A program made the position numbers and the translations under genes. Below, piece by piece: positions 19,303-29,400 of a stretch of 64,000 nucleotides of DNA (position 1 is the stretch's first letter; each line of letters opens with the position of its first letter). Origin of the DNA: an uncultured virus (IMG/VR IMGVR_UViG_3300005678_000009) (taxonomy: Duplodnaviria; Heunggongvirae; Uroviricota; Caudoviricetes); the IMG/VR virus record IMGVR_UViG_3300005678_000009, positions 1-64,000 of that record; one strand, given 5' to 3'. The notes beneath the pieces are model-generated. The model was not told where the DNA came from, did not search any database, and saw nothing but the letters and a program-made list of their open reading frames with translations.

Positions 19303-20286
19303 ATGAGTTTACTGGTACCTCGTGCCACTTACGCTCCCTTTGAGTATGAACAAGCATACAAATTTTGGGAGCTTCAACAACAAAGCCACTGGCTACATAC
19401 AGAAATAGCCATGGCGTCAGACATCAATGACTGGAAGATGGTTTTAACAGATGCCGAGCGCAATGTTATTGGTCACATCCTCAAGGGTTTTACCCAATCA
19501 GAAGTGTTTATTCAAGAATATTGGTCACAAATGATCGCCAAATGGTTTAAAAAGCCCGAAATTCAAATGATGTCAGCGGCTTTTGCGAGTATGGAGTCTG
19601 TACACGCCGTATCCTATGCATATTTGAATCAATCCCTGGGCCTAGAGGATTTCTCTGCATTCTTGCATGAACCTACAGCCAAAGCCAAAATTGATCGTTT
19701 AATCGAAACTAAAGGTAAAACAAAGGAAGAAATTGCCAGATCTATTGCTATCTTCTCTGGATTCAACGAGGGTGTAAACCTATTCAGCTCCTTTGCGGTT
19801 TTATTGAACTTCAGTCGCTTCAACAAAATGAAGGGCTTAGGTCAAATCATTGCCTTTAGTATTAAGGATGAATCCTTACACTCAGAAGCTGGATGTTGGC
19901 TTTTTAGGACTCTTATTAAGGAATTTCCAGCTATTTGGACGGATGAGCTTAAAAAAGACATTTATGACGCAGCTCGTTTAACTGTGCAATTAGAAGACGA
20001 ATTTATCGACAAAGCGTTTGAACTCGGCCCTATCGAAGGATTAGACCCTGTTGATCTTAAAGCTTTTATTAGACATAGAGCTAATACCAAGCTAACAGAC
20101 TTGGATTTAAAGATTAATTGGAAAAATATCGACAAAGACTCACTTACACGCATGGAATGGTTTGATGTAATGAGTGCCGGTGTAAACCATTCAGACTTCT
20201 TTGCTTCTAGGGTTTCTGATTACTCTAAAGGTACAATTGATTTTTCTAAAATTTGGGATGAAGAAAATGACACTACAAGAACTTAA
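19303..20286 (+). CDS. nrdB: Ribonucleotide reductase class I beta subunit
   Basis: Di-metal motifs 'ESVHAVSY', 'EGVNLFSSF', 'DESLH'; C-terminal 'DFFASRVSDYSK'. Confidence 0.93.
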   Translation: MSLLVPRATYAPFEYEQAYKFWELQQQSHWLHTEIAMASDINDWKMVLTDAERNVIGHILKGFTQSEVFIQEYWSQMIAKWFKKPEIQMMSAAFASMESVHAVSYAYLNQSLGLEDFSAFLHEPTAKAKIDRLIETKGKTKEEIARSIAIFSGFNEGVNLFSSFAVLLNFSRFNKMKGLGQIIAFSIKDESLHSEAGCWLFRTLIKEFPAIWTDELKKDIYDAARLTVQLEDEFIDKAFELGPIEGLDPVDLKAFIRHRANTKLTDLDLKINWKNIDKDSLTRMEWFDVMSAGVNHSDFFASRVSDYSKGTIDFSKIWDEENDTTRT

Positions 20287-21961
20287 AGATATTAAGGCAG
20301 CTCCAGAATGGATGACAGAAGAAGGTTACAAAACACTTAGCGGTGGATATCTTCTTCCAAACGAAACCCCATTGGAAATGTACACTAGGGTAGCCAATGC
20401 TGCTGGGAGTTATTATGAAGAAAGTTCAAAATGGTCTAAGAAGTTTTTTAACGCGATGTGGAAAAACTGGCTCTGTCCTGCTTCGCCGGTATTGTCAAAT
20501 ATGGGAACAAGTCGCGGTTTACCCATCTCTTGCAATTCAATTCACGTGGGTGATTCTGTCGATTCTATATTCGGCAAATCTCATGAGCTTGCAATGCTTT
20601 CAAAAAATGGTGCAGGTGTTGGTATCTATCTCGGTGATATACGTGGTCGTGGCACTGCCATTCGTGGCAATGGTCGTTCAGAAGGCATTATTCCGTGGGC
20701 AAAAGTCTACGACACCACCACGGTAAGTGTTTCGCAAGGCTCTACTCGTCGAGGTGCCTCAGCTGTTTATCTACCTGCAGATCACTCAGACATTGAAGAG
20801 TTTATTAATATGCGTCGTCCCACTGGTGATGTTAATCGTCGCTGTATGAACCTGAACCATGGTGTTTGTGTTACCAATGACTGGATGAATGCTTTACTTG
20901 CTGGTGATAAAAAGAAGCGCGAGTTATGGCAAGAAATCCTTAAGGCACGTGTGGAAACTGGTGAGCCATACCTTTTCTTCACAGATAATGTAAATGAACA
21001 AAACCCTGAGTGCTACAAAGGAAACAAACTAGATGTAAAAACATCTAATATTTGTACTGAGATTTTTCTTTATACTGACCCAGATCATAGCTTTGTATGT
21101 TGTTTGTCTTCACTTAATTTGGTGAAATGGGAAGAATGGAAAGATACTGATGTTGTTCAAACCTCAGTTCGTTTTCTTGATGCAGTGTTGGAAGAATACA
21201 TTGTTAAGTCAAAGATGGTGCCTGGTCTAGAAGCCTCTAGAAGAGCTGCCATTAAAGGTCGAGCCATTGGAATTGGTGTTCTTGGATGGCATACGCTATT
21301 ACAAAAGAATATGTTTCCGTTCGATAGTTTTGAAGCTATGATGCTTAATGCACAAGTCTTTAGAACCATTAGGACAAATGCCGAAAAAGAAACTGCAGCA
21401 TTGGCTATTGAAAAAGGCGAGCCAGAATGGTGTAGAGGTTATAATAGAAGAAACACCCATTTAATCGCTATTGCACCAACAGTAAGCAACAGTTTAATTA
21501 GCGGCGGACATTCTGCTGGTATTGAACCCATTCCTGCAGCTATTTATTCACAAAAGTCAGCAAAAGGAACTTTTATTCGCAGAAATCCTGTGTTTGAAGA
21601 TCTGTTAAAGTCAAAAGGCAAGGATACGCCGGAAATCTGGAAGTCTATTATTGAAAACAATAACTCTGTTAACCATTTAAAATTCTTAACAGATTTAGAA
21701 AAACAAGTGTTTATGAGTGCAATGGAAATCAATCAATTTGCTATCATTAAACAAGCTGCACAAAGACAAAAATGGATTGATCAAGGTCAATCTATCAATG
21801 TATTCTTTGGTGCCAATTCAGACCCCAAGTATATCCATGAAGTGCATATGGAAGCTTGGAAGACTGGCATTAAATCATTGTATTATTGCAGAAGTGAGGG
21901 TGTTATTCGTGGAGATCTTGCATCTCGTAGCAAAGAAGAGTGTGCGGCCTGCGAAGGTTGA
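20267..21961 (+). CDS. nrdA: Ribonucleotide reductase class I alpha subunit (short, no ATP cone)
   Basis: 'PASPVLSN', 'ISCN', 'SNICTEI', 'CCLSSLNL', 'APTVS', 'KSLYY', C-terminal 'CAACEG'. Overlaps the nrdB end. Confidence 0.93.
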   Translation: MTLQELKDIKAAPEWMTEEGYKTLSGGYLLPNETPLEMYTRVANAAGSYYEESSKWSKKFFNAMWKNWLCPASPVLSNMGTSRGLPISCNSIHVGDSVDSIFGKSHELAMLSKNGAGVGIYLGDIRGRGTAIRGNGRSEGIIPWAKVYDTTTVSVSQGSTRRGASAVYLPADHSDIEEFINMRRPTGDVNRRCMNLNHGVCVTNDWMNALLAGDKKKRELWQEILKARVETGEPYLFFTDNVNEQNPECYKGNKLDVKTSNICTEIFLYTDPDHSFVCCLSSLNLVKWEEWKDTDVVQTSVRFLDAVLEEYIVKSKMVPGLEASRRAAIKGRAIGIGVLGWHTLLQKNMFPFDSFEAMMLNAQVFRTIRTNAEKETAALAIEKGEPEWCRGYNRRNTHLIAIAPTVSNSLISGGHSAGIEPIPAAIYSQKSAKGTFIRRNPVFEDLLKSKGKDTPEIWKSIIENNNSVNHLKFLTDLEKQVFMSAMEINQFAIIKQAAQRQKWIDQGQSINVFFGANSDPKYIHEVHMEAWKTGIKSLYYCRSEGVIRGDLASRSKEECAACEG

Positions 21962-21967
21962 TATTTT

Positions 21968-21978
21968 TGTGGTATAAT
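21968..21978 (+). promoter_or_regulatory. TGTGG-TATAAT promoter motif
   Basis: Intergenic TGTGGTATAAT. Confidence 0.72.
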
Positions 21979-21996
21979 AACACTTGAGAGGTAATT

Positions 21997-23025
21997 ATGG
22001 CAAATATGTGGGATAAAGAAGAATCGGTGTCAGAATACCAACTGATGGCCGAAGATGCGCAGCAAGCAGAAGAGCTTGCGGAGCAATACGCTTCTAGCCC
22101 AGGGTTGGTAGAGGCAAACGAAGAGGTTTTGGAAGAAATCTCCGATGAGGCTGCTTTTGAATTAACCAATACAGAATCTAATGTAATCTATAACGCTAGA
22201 TTACGATTAGAACAAGCCAAACTTTATGAATTACTCATTAATCACAATCTTTTTGAAGGAGTGGATGCAAGTCCACAGGCAATTAAAAATGTTCAAAACG
22301 AACTTAAATTTTACATTGTTAAAAGACTTGAGATTTTACTTGGTTTGCGTGAACCTACAGCTGCTAAAGTTAATACAGCACCTGCAGAATCACAGTTTAA
22401 TGATGTTGAAGTAGAGTTTTTAAAACAACTAGCTTATAAAGGCACTTTAGGTAAGTCAATTGGGCAACCGATTGTTGCAAATCCACAACAGGTCGTTAAG
22501 CCATTAACAAGTACTCCTAGCTCTGGTTTAAAGCCATTGGCTAAAATTAAAAAAACAGAACCCCCTACTGAGGTGAAACAAACAGTTGAACAACCACCAA
22601 CTAAGCCAGTTCAAAAGAAAGTTGTAGTTCAACCACAACAAAAAACACAAGCGGCACCGCCATCTCAGCCAAAACCACAACCCAAAAAAACTGTTAAGGT
22701 AAGACCTTCTGGACTTGGCAGGGATTTAACTCAAGATGAAATTATGGCCATTGCACAAGAAGATCTTAAAACAGCTTCTAACAAACCATTTCATGAAATG
22801 ACCCCTAAAGAGAAAGCGGAAAGAATTCGCCAAGCAAATGAAAGAAATGCTAGAAATAAGGCTCCAGTTGCTAAAATGCCAATGCCATCAGCAGCTGAAT
22901 TAGAAATGAAATATGCGACCCAGCAACAATCTGGTTCGATGTCAAAAAGTTCAACAGATCAATTTAATGTAGCGATTGCACAGGCTATCGCTGCCAAGAA
23001 AAATAGAGGAGATGACAATGAGTAA
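21997..23025 (+). CDS. Hypothetical protein with acidic N-terminus and P/Q/K-rich linker
   Basis: Promoter and SD GAGGT upstream; long ORF. Confidence 0.7.
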   Translation: MANMWDKEESVSEYQLMAEDAQQAEELAEQYASSPGLVEANEEVLEEISDEAAFELTNTESNVIYNARLRLEQAKLYELLINHNLFEGVDASPQAIKNVQNELKFYIVKRLEILLGLREPTAAKVNTAPAESQFNDVEVEFLKQLAYKGTLGKSIGQPIVANPQQVVKPLTSTPSSGLKPLAKIKKTEPPTEVKQTVEQPPTKPVQKKVVVQPQQKTQAAPPSQPKPQPKKTVKVRPSGLGRDLTQDEIMAIAQEDLKTASNKPFHEMTPKEKAERIRQANERNARNKAPVAKMPMPSAAELEMKYATQQQSGSMSKSSTDQFNVAIAQAIAAKKNRGDDNE

Positions 23026-23608
23026 CGAAGCTAAGCCAGCAGCCCAACCAGCAAAGTTGAATGCAGCTCAAAAGATCGAGGCCCTTGAAAACAAGGTGAT
23101 TAACCTGCAGGCTCAAATTAATGAGTTAGTTGCAATTCTCGAAGAAAAGGTGAACATTCTTGCCGATGAAATCGACAAAACACGTCAAATTGGAGTTGCG
23201 CTTAATAAGCGTTTAAACGCCTCAATTAAAGCTGCAGAAGATGGTGGTTTAAACACAGATTCTGTTAATAAAATCATTTTGGATGAAAACCAAAAAGAAC
23301 TTGCAGGTCGTATTAAATATCTATTAGATATGGGTGCATTGGTTGGTGACAACGAAGGTGAAGTTAGCGACAAATCTTTCTTGGTTGGAAGAACTGTTGA
23401 CGCACAAGGAAATGTCGTTAATCCACGAGTTCAGTTTGCAGTTGGTACTGTAGACCCAGAACTGAAAAAAGCTCTTATTGGTAAAAAACTGGGTGAAGTT
23501 GTAGGTTATAGTGAAGAAGAAGATCCATTCGAAATTACAGAGATCTATCAAATTGCTGACCCCAAGACTAAAAAAAATTATGAGGAAAATCAACAGCCTG
23601 CACAATAG
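23018..23608 (+). CDS. Coiled coil plus FKBP/GreA-CTD-like domain protein
   Basis: SD GAGGAG; C-terminal 'DAQGNVV...FAVG...LKKALIGKKLGEVV...FEITEIY'. Confidence 0.5.
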   Translation: MSNEAKPAAQPAKLNAAQKIEALENKVINLQAQINELVAILEEKVNILADEIDKTRQIGVALNKRLNASIKAAEDGGLNTDSVNKIILDENQKELAGRIKYLLDMGALVGDNEGEVSDKSFLVGRTVDAQGNVVNPRVQFAVGTVDPELKKALIGKKLGEVVGYSEEEDPFEITEIYQIADPKTKKNYEENQQPAQ

Positions 23609-23618
23609 GCTGTTTTTT
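23592..23618 (+). terminator. Rho-independent terminator
   Basis: AACAGCCT-gcacaat-AGGCTGTT followed by TTTT. Confidence 0.65.
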
Positions 23619-23634
23619 AAAGCGAGGCTATCAA

Positions 23635-24834
23635 ATGGTTGAAAAATGGTCTGATAATGAGATAGCTTACATTATCAACTTAAAAGATACGACAGATCTT
23701 ACTTGGGTAGAAATTACCGATAAGTATAATAAAAAGTTCAGAACTGATCGTAACTTTGAAAGCATTAAAAAGTGTTATCAGAGGTATGCAAATTATCTTG
23801 ACACTGCTGACATTCATGTCAAGACACTTAAGCAAATCCATCGAACTAAAAAGAACAGTGGATATACAGCGAAAGAAAATAAGTCTATTATTGAACAGTG
23901 GAATGAACGTGACGATTTAATCGAGACGATTCAAAACACTGTCAAGAAAATGTCACTTACAAAGTATAAAGTACCCAAGCAAGCTGCAAAGTCCAAAGCC
24001 AAAAAGAACATGACGTTAGAGTTGCTATTCTCTGACGTTCATTACGGCAAATACATTGACAATATTGATGGAAACTTCGTTGATATAAAAGTAATCCGTG
24101 AGCGCGTTCGCAAGATTTCCGATTCTGTGGTGAAAGAAATCATCCGTGAGGGAAAGTCTTTTAATGTCGAACGTGTTGTTCTTGCCTTAATTGGTGATAT
24201 TATTGAGAATGCAGACTTCCACGGACAAGAATCTGAAAAAGGCTGTGAATTCAGCACTTCACGTCAGGTTCAAGAAGCAATTAATTCTATGTTCTACGAC
24301 TTGATTTTGCCAATTGCAAACACAGGGATTAAGATTGACGTTCCTTGCGTAACTGGTAATCACGATCGTATTGGTCACAACAAAACTTACCAAAAACCAG
24401 GTGAGGATAATCTTACTTTTATTATTTACAGCACCCTAGAAATGCTTTGCAAAGCTTCTGGACTTACAAATGTTCATTTCCAAATTTCTAAGAGTTTGTA
24501 CACTGCCATTTCAATCTATGGAAACACAGTTGTTTATGAGCACGGAGACGAACTTAAGAATCTGAATCGAGATACTATGGCCAATCAAATGGCCAAGAGA
24601 CAGGTACAACTTGGTCGAGTAGTTCATTTCTTTCGAGTTGGTCACTGGCACGAGCCGGTTCAGTACGGACAAGGTCGAATGATGGTAAATGGTTCTGTAC
24701 CTGGCCAAGATGATTATGCTGATTCAAAAGCTTTTTGTTCTGAGGCAGTTCAAATTATGAACTACTATGTTGAAACTGAAAAGCGAAACACTTGTTTCTT
24801 CCGTAGTTTTCCAATTTACGTTCAAAAGAAATAA
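23635..24834 (+). CDS. Calcineurin-like metallophosphoesterase with an N-terminal Myb/HTH-like domain
   Basis: SDVHYG, IGDIIEN, GNHDR, EHGD, GHWH; N-terminal 'WSDNE...W.EI...YN..F...R'. Confidence 0.75.
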   Translation: MVEKWSDNEIAYIINLKDTTDLTWVEITDKYNKKFRTDRNFESIKKCYQRYANYLDTADIHVKTLKQIHRTKKNSGYTAKENKSIIEQWNERDDLIETIQNTVKKMSLTKYKVPKQAAKSKAKKNMTLELLFSDVHYGKYIDNIDGNFVDIKVIRERVRKISDSVVKEIIREGKSFNVERVVLALIGDIIENADFHGQESEKGCEFSTSRQVQEAINSMFYDLILPIANTGIKIDVPCVTGNHDRIGHNKTYQKPGEDNLTFIIYSTLEMLCKASGLTNVHFQISKSLYTAISIYGNTVVYEHGDELKNLNRDTMANQMAKRQVQLGRVVHFFRVGHWHEPVQYGQGRMMVNGSVPGQDDYADSKAFCSEAVQIMNYYVETEKRNTCFFRSFPIYVQKK

Positions 24835-24863
24835 CATTAAAAATAAAAATATTGTTTTTTAAG

Positions 24864-24886
24864 AGGCTCCGAAAGGAGCCTTTTTT
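24864..24886 (+). terminator. Rho-independent terminator fused to a TATGG-TAATAT promoter
   Basis: AGGCTCC-GAAA-GGAGCCT followed by a T-run, then TATGGTAATAT (24886-24896). Confidence 0.8.
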
Positions 24887-24916
24887 ATGGTAATATAACA
24901 ATATGAGAGGTGCAAC

Positions 24917-25261
24917 ATGGGTAGAAAAAAACATACCGAAAAACCTCACAATAATGAAGAAAAACTTGAAAAAGTGATTGTGCGATTAGAAAGAGATATT
25001 AATAAATTGAAATCTAGAAATAAATCTCTAGAAGAAGATTTAAAAGCCACAGCAGAATACTTGATGCAGATTTCCAGAGACAAAACTCTAGATTTTATTC
25101 AACAAGAAATTCAAGATAAAACAGAAGTTAAAACTGACAAAGTTTGTCCACGCTGTAGCTCCACAAACATGAGAAGGGTCAATCTGGGTGTTGTGACAAT
25201 CATCGCCTGTGGTGATTGTGAATATAGGAATAGAATTAATGAGTCAGGACAAAAAACTTAA
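24917..25261 (+). CDS. Coiled coil plus zinc-ribbon protein
   Basis: CPRC...CGDC at the C-terminus. Confidence 0.65.
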   Translation: MGRKKHTEKPHNNEEKLEKVIVRLERDINKLKSRNKSLEEDLKATAEYLMQISRDKTLDFIQQEIQDKTEVKTDKVCPRCSSTNMRRVNLGVVTIIACGDCEYRNRINESGQKT

Positions 25262-25628
25262 ACAGCTCAAGGATCATATCGTGGGACTTGTTATGAAATT
25301 GACGGTTATTGAAAGTGATCTAAAGGCTGTTGAAGGTGATTTGGTGTTTCTAGAGTCCATGAAACTCAATATGGAAGAAAACATTAAGATTCTAAAAAAA
25401 GATGGAATTGTAACGATTGCTGCTGAATATAAAAAGATTATGGCTGAAAAGGCCACGCTTGACAAAAACCTAACCTTTTACATTAACGTTAAAAATAAGT
25501 TATTAAGAGACCAGAGTAAGTACGAGAAGTTGAAAGATGACTCTATGAATGAGTTTGAGCGTTTAAGTAAAAATGAAGAAAATCAACAAGTTATAGTTCA
25601 GTTTGATCCATCTAAAAGGAAAAAATGA
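25239..25628 (+). CDS. Hypothetical coiled-coil protein
   Basis: ORF overlapping both neighbours. Confidence 0.6.
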   Translation: MSQDKKLKQLKDHIVGLVMKLTVIESDLKAVEGDLVFLESMKLNMEENIKILKKDGIVTIAAEYKKIMAEKATLDKNLTFYINVKNKLLRDQSKYEKLKDDSMNEFERLSKNEENQQVIVQFDPSKRKK

Positions 25629-25837
25629 AGGATAAGAAAGTTTTGAAAAAGAAAATCATGGAAGACCCCGATTTTATTTATTGTCCTCGACTTGGCAATT
25701 CCTTAACAAAATTGGTCAACAAACACCCCGATGGTATTGATGACGAAAGAATTGAAAAGGTGTTGTTGATGACAAAAAGTGAAATTGAAACAGTTTATCA
25801 ATCTGCTTTGGAAAAATTACGAGATTTTGTAAAATAA
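25625..25837 (+). CDS. Stand-alone sigma70 region-4.2-like HTH protein
   Basis: DDERIEKVLLMTKSEIETVYQSALEKLR aligns gap-free with E. coli sigma70 [28 protein letters not shown] (9/28 identical by hand). Confidence 0.6.
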   Translation: MKDKKVLKKKIMEDPDFIYCPRLGNSLTKLVNKHPDGIDDERIEKVLLMTKSEIETVYQSALEKLRDFVK

Positions 25838-25838
25838 T

Positions 25839-25849
25839 TGTGGTATAAT
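25839..25849 (+). promoter_or_regulatory. TGTGG-TATAAT promoter motif driving the exonuclease-dnaE genes
   Basis: Intergenic TGTGGTATAAT. Confidence 0.72.
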
Positions 25850-25860
25850 AGAGAGAGGTC

Positions 25861-26496
25861 GTGATGCATTATTTATGGTTTGACACAGAAACAGGTGGAA
25901 CTAATCCAAAAATCCACTCTTTATTAACTGCTTATTTTGCTTTGTGCGATAAAGACTTAAATGTTTTTGATGAGCTTTATTTGCAACTAAAACCTTCTGA
26001 TATCACTAAAATCAATGTGGTTCAAGAGGCTATGGATGTTAATAAAATCAATTTAGAAGAACACCTAAAAGACCCTGCAACTATTACTTATGAAGAGGGC
26101 AAGTTAAAACTTCAAGCATTTTTGAGCAGAAACAAAATTAAGGGTAAGCGAAGGTCTTTCATGCCAGCTGGACACAACGTAGCTTTTGATAAAGAAATGT
26201 TGTGGAATCAAATGATTTCCCAAGAAGAATTTGAAAAAGACGTGCATTATCGCACAATTGATACATCTTCTATCACAACGTTTTTAAAAGATGTTGGTAT
26301 TCTACCTGAGGATTTGGGCAACCTTTCTAGCTTGGTTGAGCACTATGGCGTACCTAAGCGTGAAGCTCATACTGCTAAAGATGACGTTCGAATGAATATT
26401 GATGTGTATCGCGCCATGAGAAAACAAATCCAAGCTAAAAAACAAGATATGATCGGTGGAACCACCAATTCACTTCTAGCAATCGTTGAGGGCTAA
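25861..26496 (+). CDS. DEDDh 3'-5' exonuclease (DnaQ/epsilon-like)
   Basis: 'FDTETGG', 'GHNVAFD', 'AHTAKDD'; TAATG-coupled to dnaE. Confidence 0.85.
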   Translation: MMHYLWFDTETGGTNPKIHSLLTAYFALCDKDLNVFDELYLQLKPSDITKINVVQEAMDVNKINLEEHLKDPATITYEEGKLKLQAFLSRNKIKGKRRSFMPAGHNVAFDKEMLWNQMISQEEFEKDVHYRTIDTSSITTFLKDVGILPEDLGNLSSLVEHYGVPKREAHTAKDDVRMNIDVYRAMRKQIQAKKQDMIGGTTNSLLAIVEG

Positions 26497-29400
26497 TGAA
26501 TCATATTTCCCCAGTTAATCATCCTGAAAGTTATCTTACCGGCTCTACTGTTGAGGCAATGATCGACCGTAGTAAAGAGCTGGGTTTGAATTACTTTCCA
26601 ATTACAGACCTAGGATATTTAACATCTGTACTTAAAGGCTATATCTACGGTGAAAAAGTCGGCGTGAAAGTTATCGCTGGCGTCGAGTTATTTTTTAAAG
26701 ACGACGATTGTGAAATTATCAAAAACACACCATCCGAACAAATTAAGTATTTTAAAATCGTCGTTCATGCTAAGGACCAAGATGCATATCAAAAAATCGT
26801 TAAAATGTGCTCAGACACAAAGCGAAAAAGACTTTGGGTCGCTGAGAACTCTTATGGACTATTTACCTGGAAAGACCTGGAAGAATTGGCTAAATCCAAC
26901 GTCACTGTCACAACTTCAAATGTGGAGTGTATGGTCTCTAAACATCTTTTGGTTGGTCGTGCTGACCTTGGTTTAAAATATTACGAAAAACTTCGCAATC
27001 TATTTGGAGCTGAAAACTTCTATCCTAGCATTGTACCTTACAAACAGGATAAATATTGGAGTACAGTTGTTAAGGTTCAGTTGGGAGAAAAAGAAGTATT
27101 TATCCCAGCTAACGATCGCATTGAAACAGACCAGTACGAAAAAGCTAAGGCTGTTGAATTAACTCGACGTGGTAATAAACATACAAAAGTTTTGGCTGTA
27201 TTTATCGATGGTGTTCGTTTTAAAGTTAAAGAAGAGAATCAACTTATCGGAAAAGCTAAGCTTTTGAACACTTATCAGGATATTCCTGGTGGTGATATTC
27301 AAACGAAAGCCAATCAGTTTGTTATGGCTCTTGCACATCGATATGGTGACCAAGATCGTTTGTTGATCAACAACAATTCTTATTACGCCACAAAGGAAGA
27401 TAAAGTCGTCCAAGATATGAAGCTTGGCGAGGAAAAGCGCATTTATCAATCTCAATTTATTGCCACTGTGGATGAGATTAAAGAATATCTCACTGGTGAA
27501 CTTGCATTGCCTGAGACTTCCATTCAGACTATGGTAAATAATTCTCATGCATGGGCTGGATTGTTCAAAGAATTCAAGCTTAAATATGACTATCGATTGC
27601 CCACCCCTGAAGGCGACCCGCTTGAATTATTGGAAAAACAAATCGCTAAGGTTGGTCGTATGCCTTGGGATGATGAACGATACGTTAAGCAATACAAAGA
27701 AGAGCTAGAATTATTAACTGGCAATGGAGTCATCAATCTTATTCCATACTTCTTACCCATTGTTGACGTTTACGATTATTATGAAAAAAATGGCTATTTG
27801 ACAGGTCCTGGTCGAGGTTCTGCAGGTGGTTTTTTAATTTCATATCTATTGGGGATTACTCACGTTGACCCTATTAAACTAGGATTGTCTTCACCACGTT
27901 TCTTAACTATGGACCGTGTTAAACAAGGCAATCTACCCGATATTGACTGTGACTTAGAGTCTCGCGTACCTTTGGTGGGTAAAGACGGCTCTTCTGGCTA
28001 TTTATTTGAAAAATATGGCGACAAAGCCGCTCAAGTCTCTACTAGAACCCTTTTGCGTATTAAATCAGCTATCTTGGATGCAAATCGATTCTTGAATAAG
28101 GGCGTTGTTGCTCAAGAAATCTCTGCTTTGGCCAAAAGTCTTCCTAATACCCCTCAAGGTGTGGATGATTACGAATATGTTCTAGGGTATGAGGATGACA
28201 AGGGCGAATATCACCCAGGATTATTTGATAAGAACGAAGATCTGCAAAAATACGCACAGGAACGTCCACAAGAGTGGGATATTGTTAAAAGGGCTCTATC
28301 ATTAGCCCGACAGAATTCACGCCATGCGTGCGCCTACCTTGTCGCAGATAGGCCAATTGAAGATATTATCCCTACCTTTGAAGTTGGTGGTGTGAAGCGT
28401 ATCACCCAACCCACAGCCAAAGAATGCGAATATGCAGGTCTGGTCAAATACGATTTCCTTGTGATTTCATCACTTAAAGATATCAACTTGTGTTTAAAAT
28501 ACATTAACCAGCATCATGGTGATAAAAACATGAAAACTGGTTATTTCATGCATAAGGGCAAAAACACCTATGTATGGGATTTACCACAGGATAAAGAAAT
28601 TTACGACATGCTTTCTAGTGGAAAAACAGAAACTGTATTCCAATTGAATTCGGCAGGTTCCACACCCACTGTCAAAAAAGTTAAACCAACCAATATCGTT
28701 GATTTGGCTACGATCACATCTTTAGAGCGTCCGGGTCCAAAAGACTTTAGAGACCCTAAAACCGGTCGAAACATGGTGGAAGAATTTATCGAACGTAAAA
28801 ATGGCAGATCTGTCTCTGACATTCCTATTTTACAAGAATTGATTCCTGAAACCTATGGTATTTTGGTTTTCCAAGAACAGATCACAAAGATTGCCAAAGA
28901 ACTTGGTCAAATGAACGTTGAGGATTCAGAGAACGTTCGTATCGGGATGGGTAAGAAGAAAAAGAAATTACTTGATAGTTTAGGGCCTGTATTTATTGAA
29001 GGTGCCTCGAAACGAACTGACCCAGAAACGGCTAAGAAAATCTGGTCTATGATGGAAACGTTCGCACGTTACGGATTTAATAAATCTCATGCCGTTGCAT
29101 ACGTTGTGGTTTCATATGCTTGTGCATTTTTTAAGTATTATTACCCCCTTGAATGGTGGGCAGCTGTGCTTTCCAATGCCGATCAAAAGGAAATTAACGA
29201 AGTATTCTACAAATACGTAAAAGACATGGTTCTTCCACCAGACGTTAATACTTCAAATGAAGAAATGACTGTGGATTACAATCTAGGTAAAATTCGTAAC
29301 AAACTATCCATGATTTCTGGTATTGGTACTGCTGCAGCTGAGAAAATCATCTCTAGACGTCCATACAGCGACATCACAGATTTTGTTCGCAAAAAAGCGT

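Noticed and set aside
20201..20286. nrdB-nrdA fusion by programmed frameshift
   Set aside because: NrdB has its normal C-terminal motif and NrdA has usable ATGs (20258, 20267) in a short overlap.
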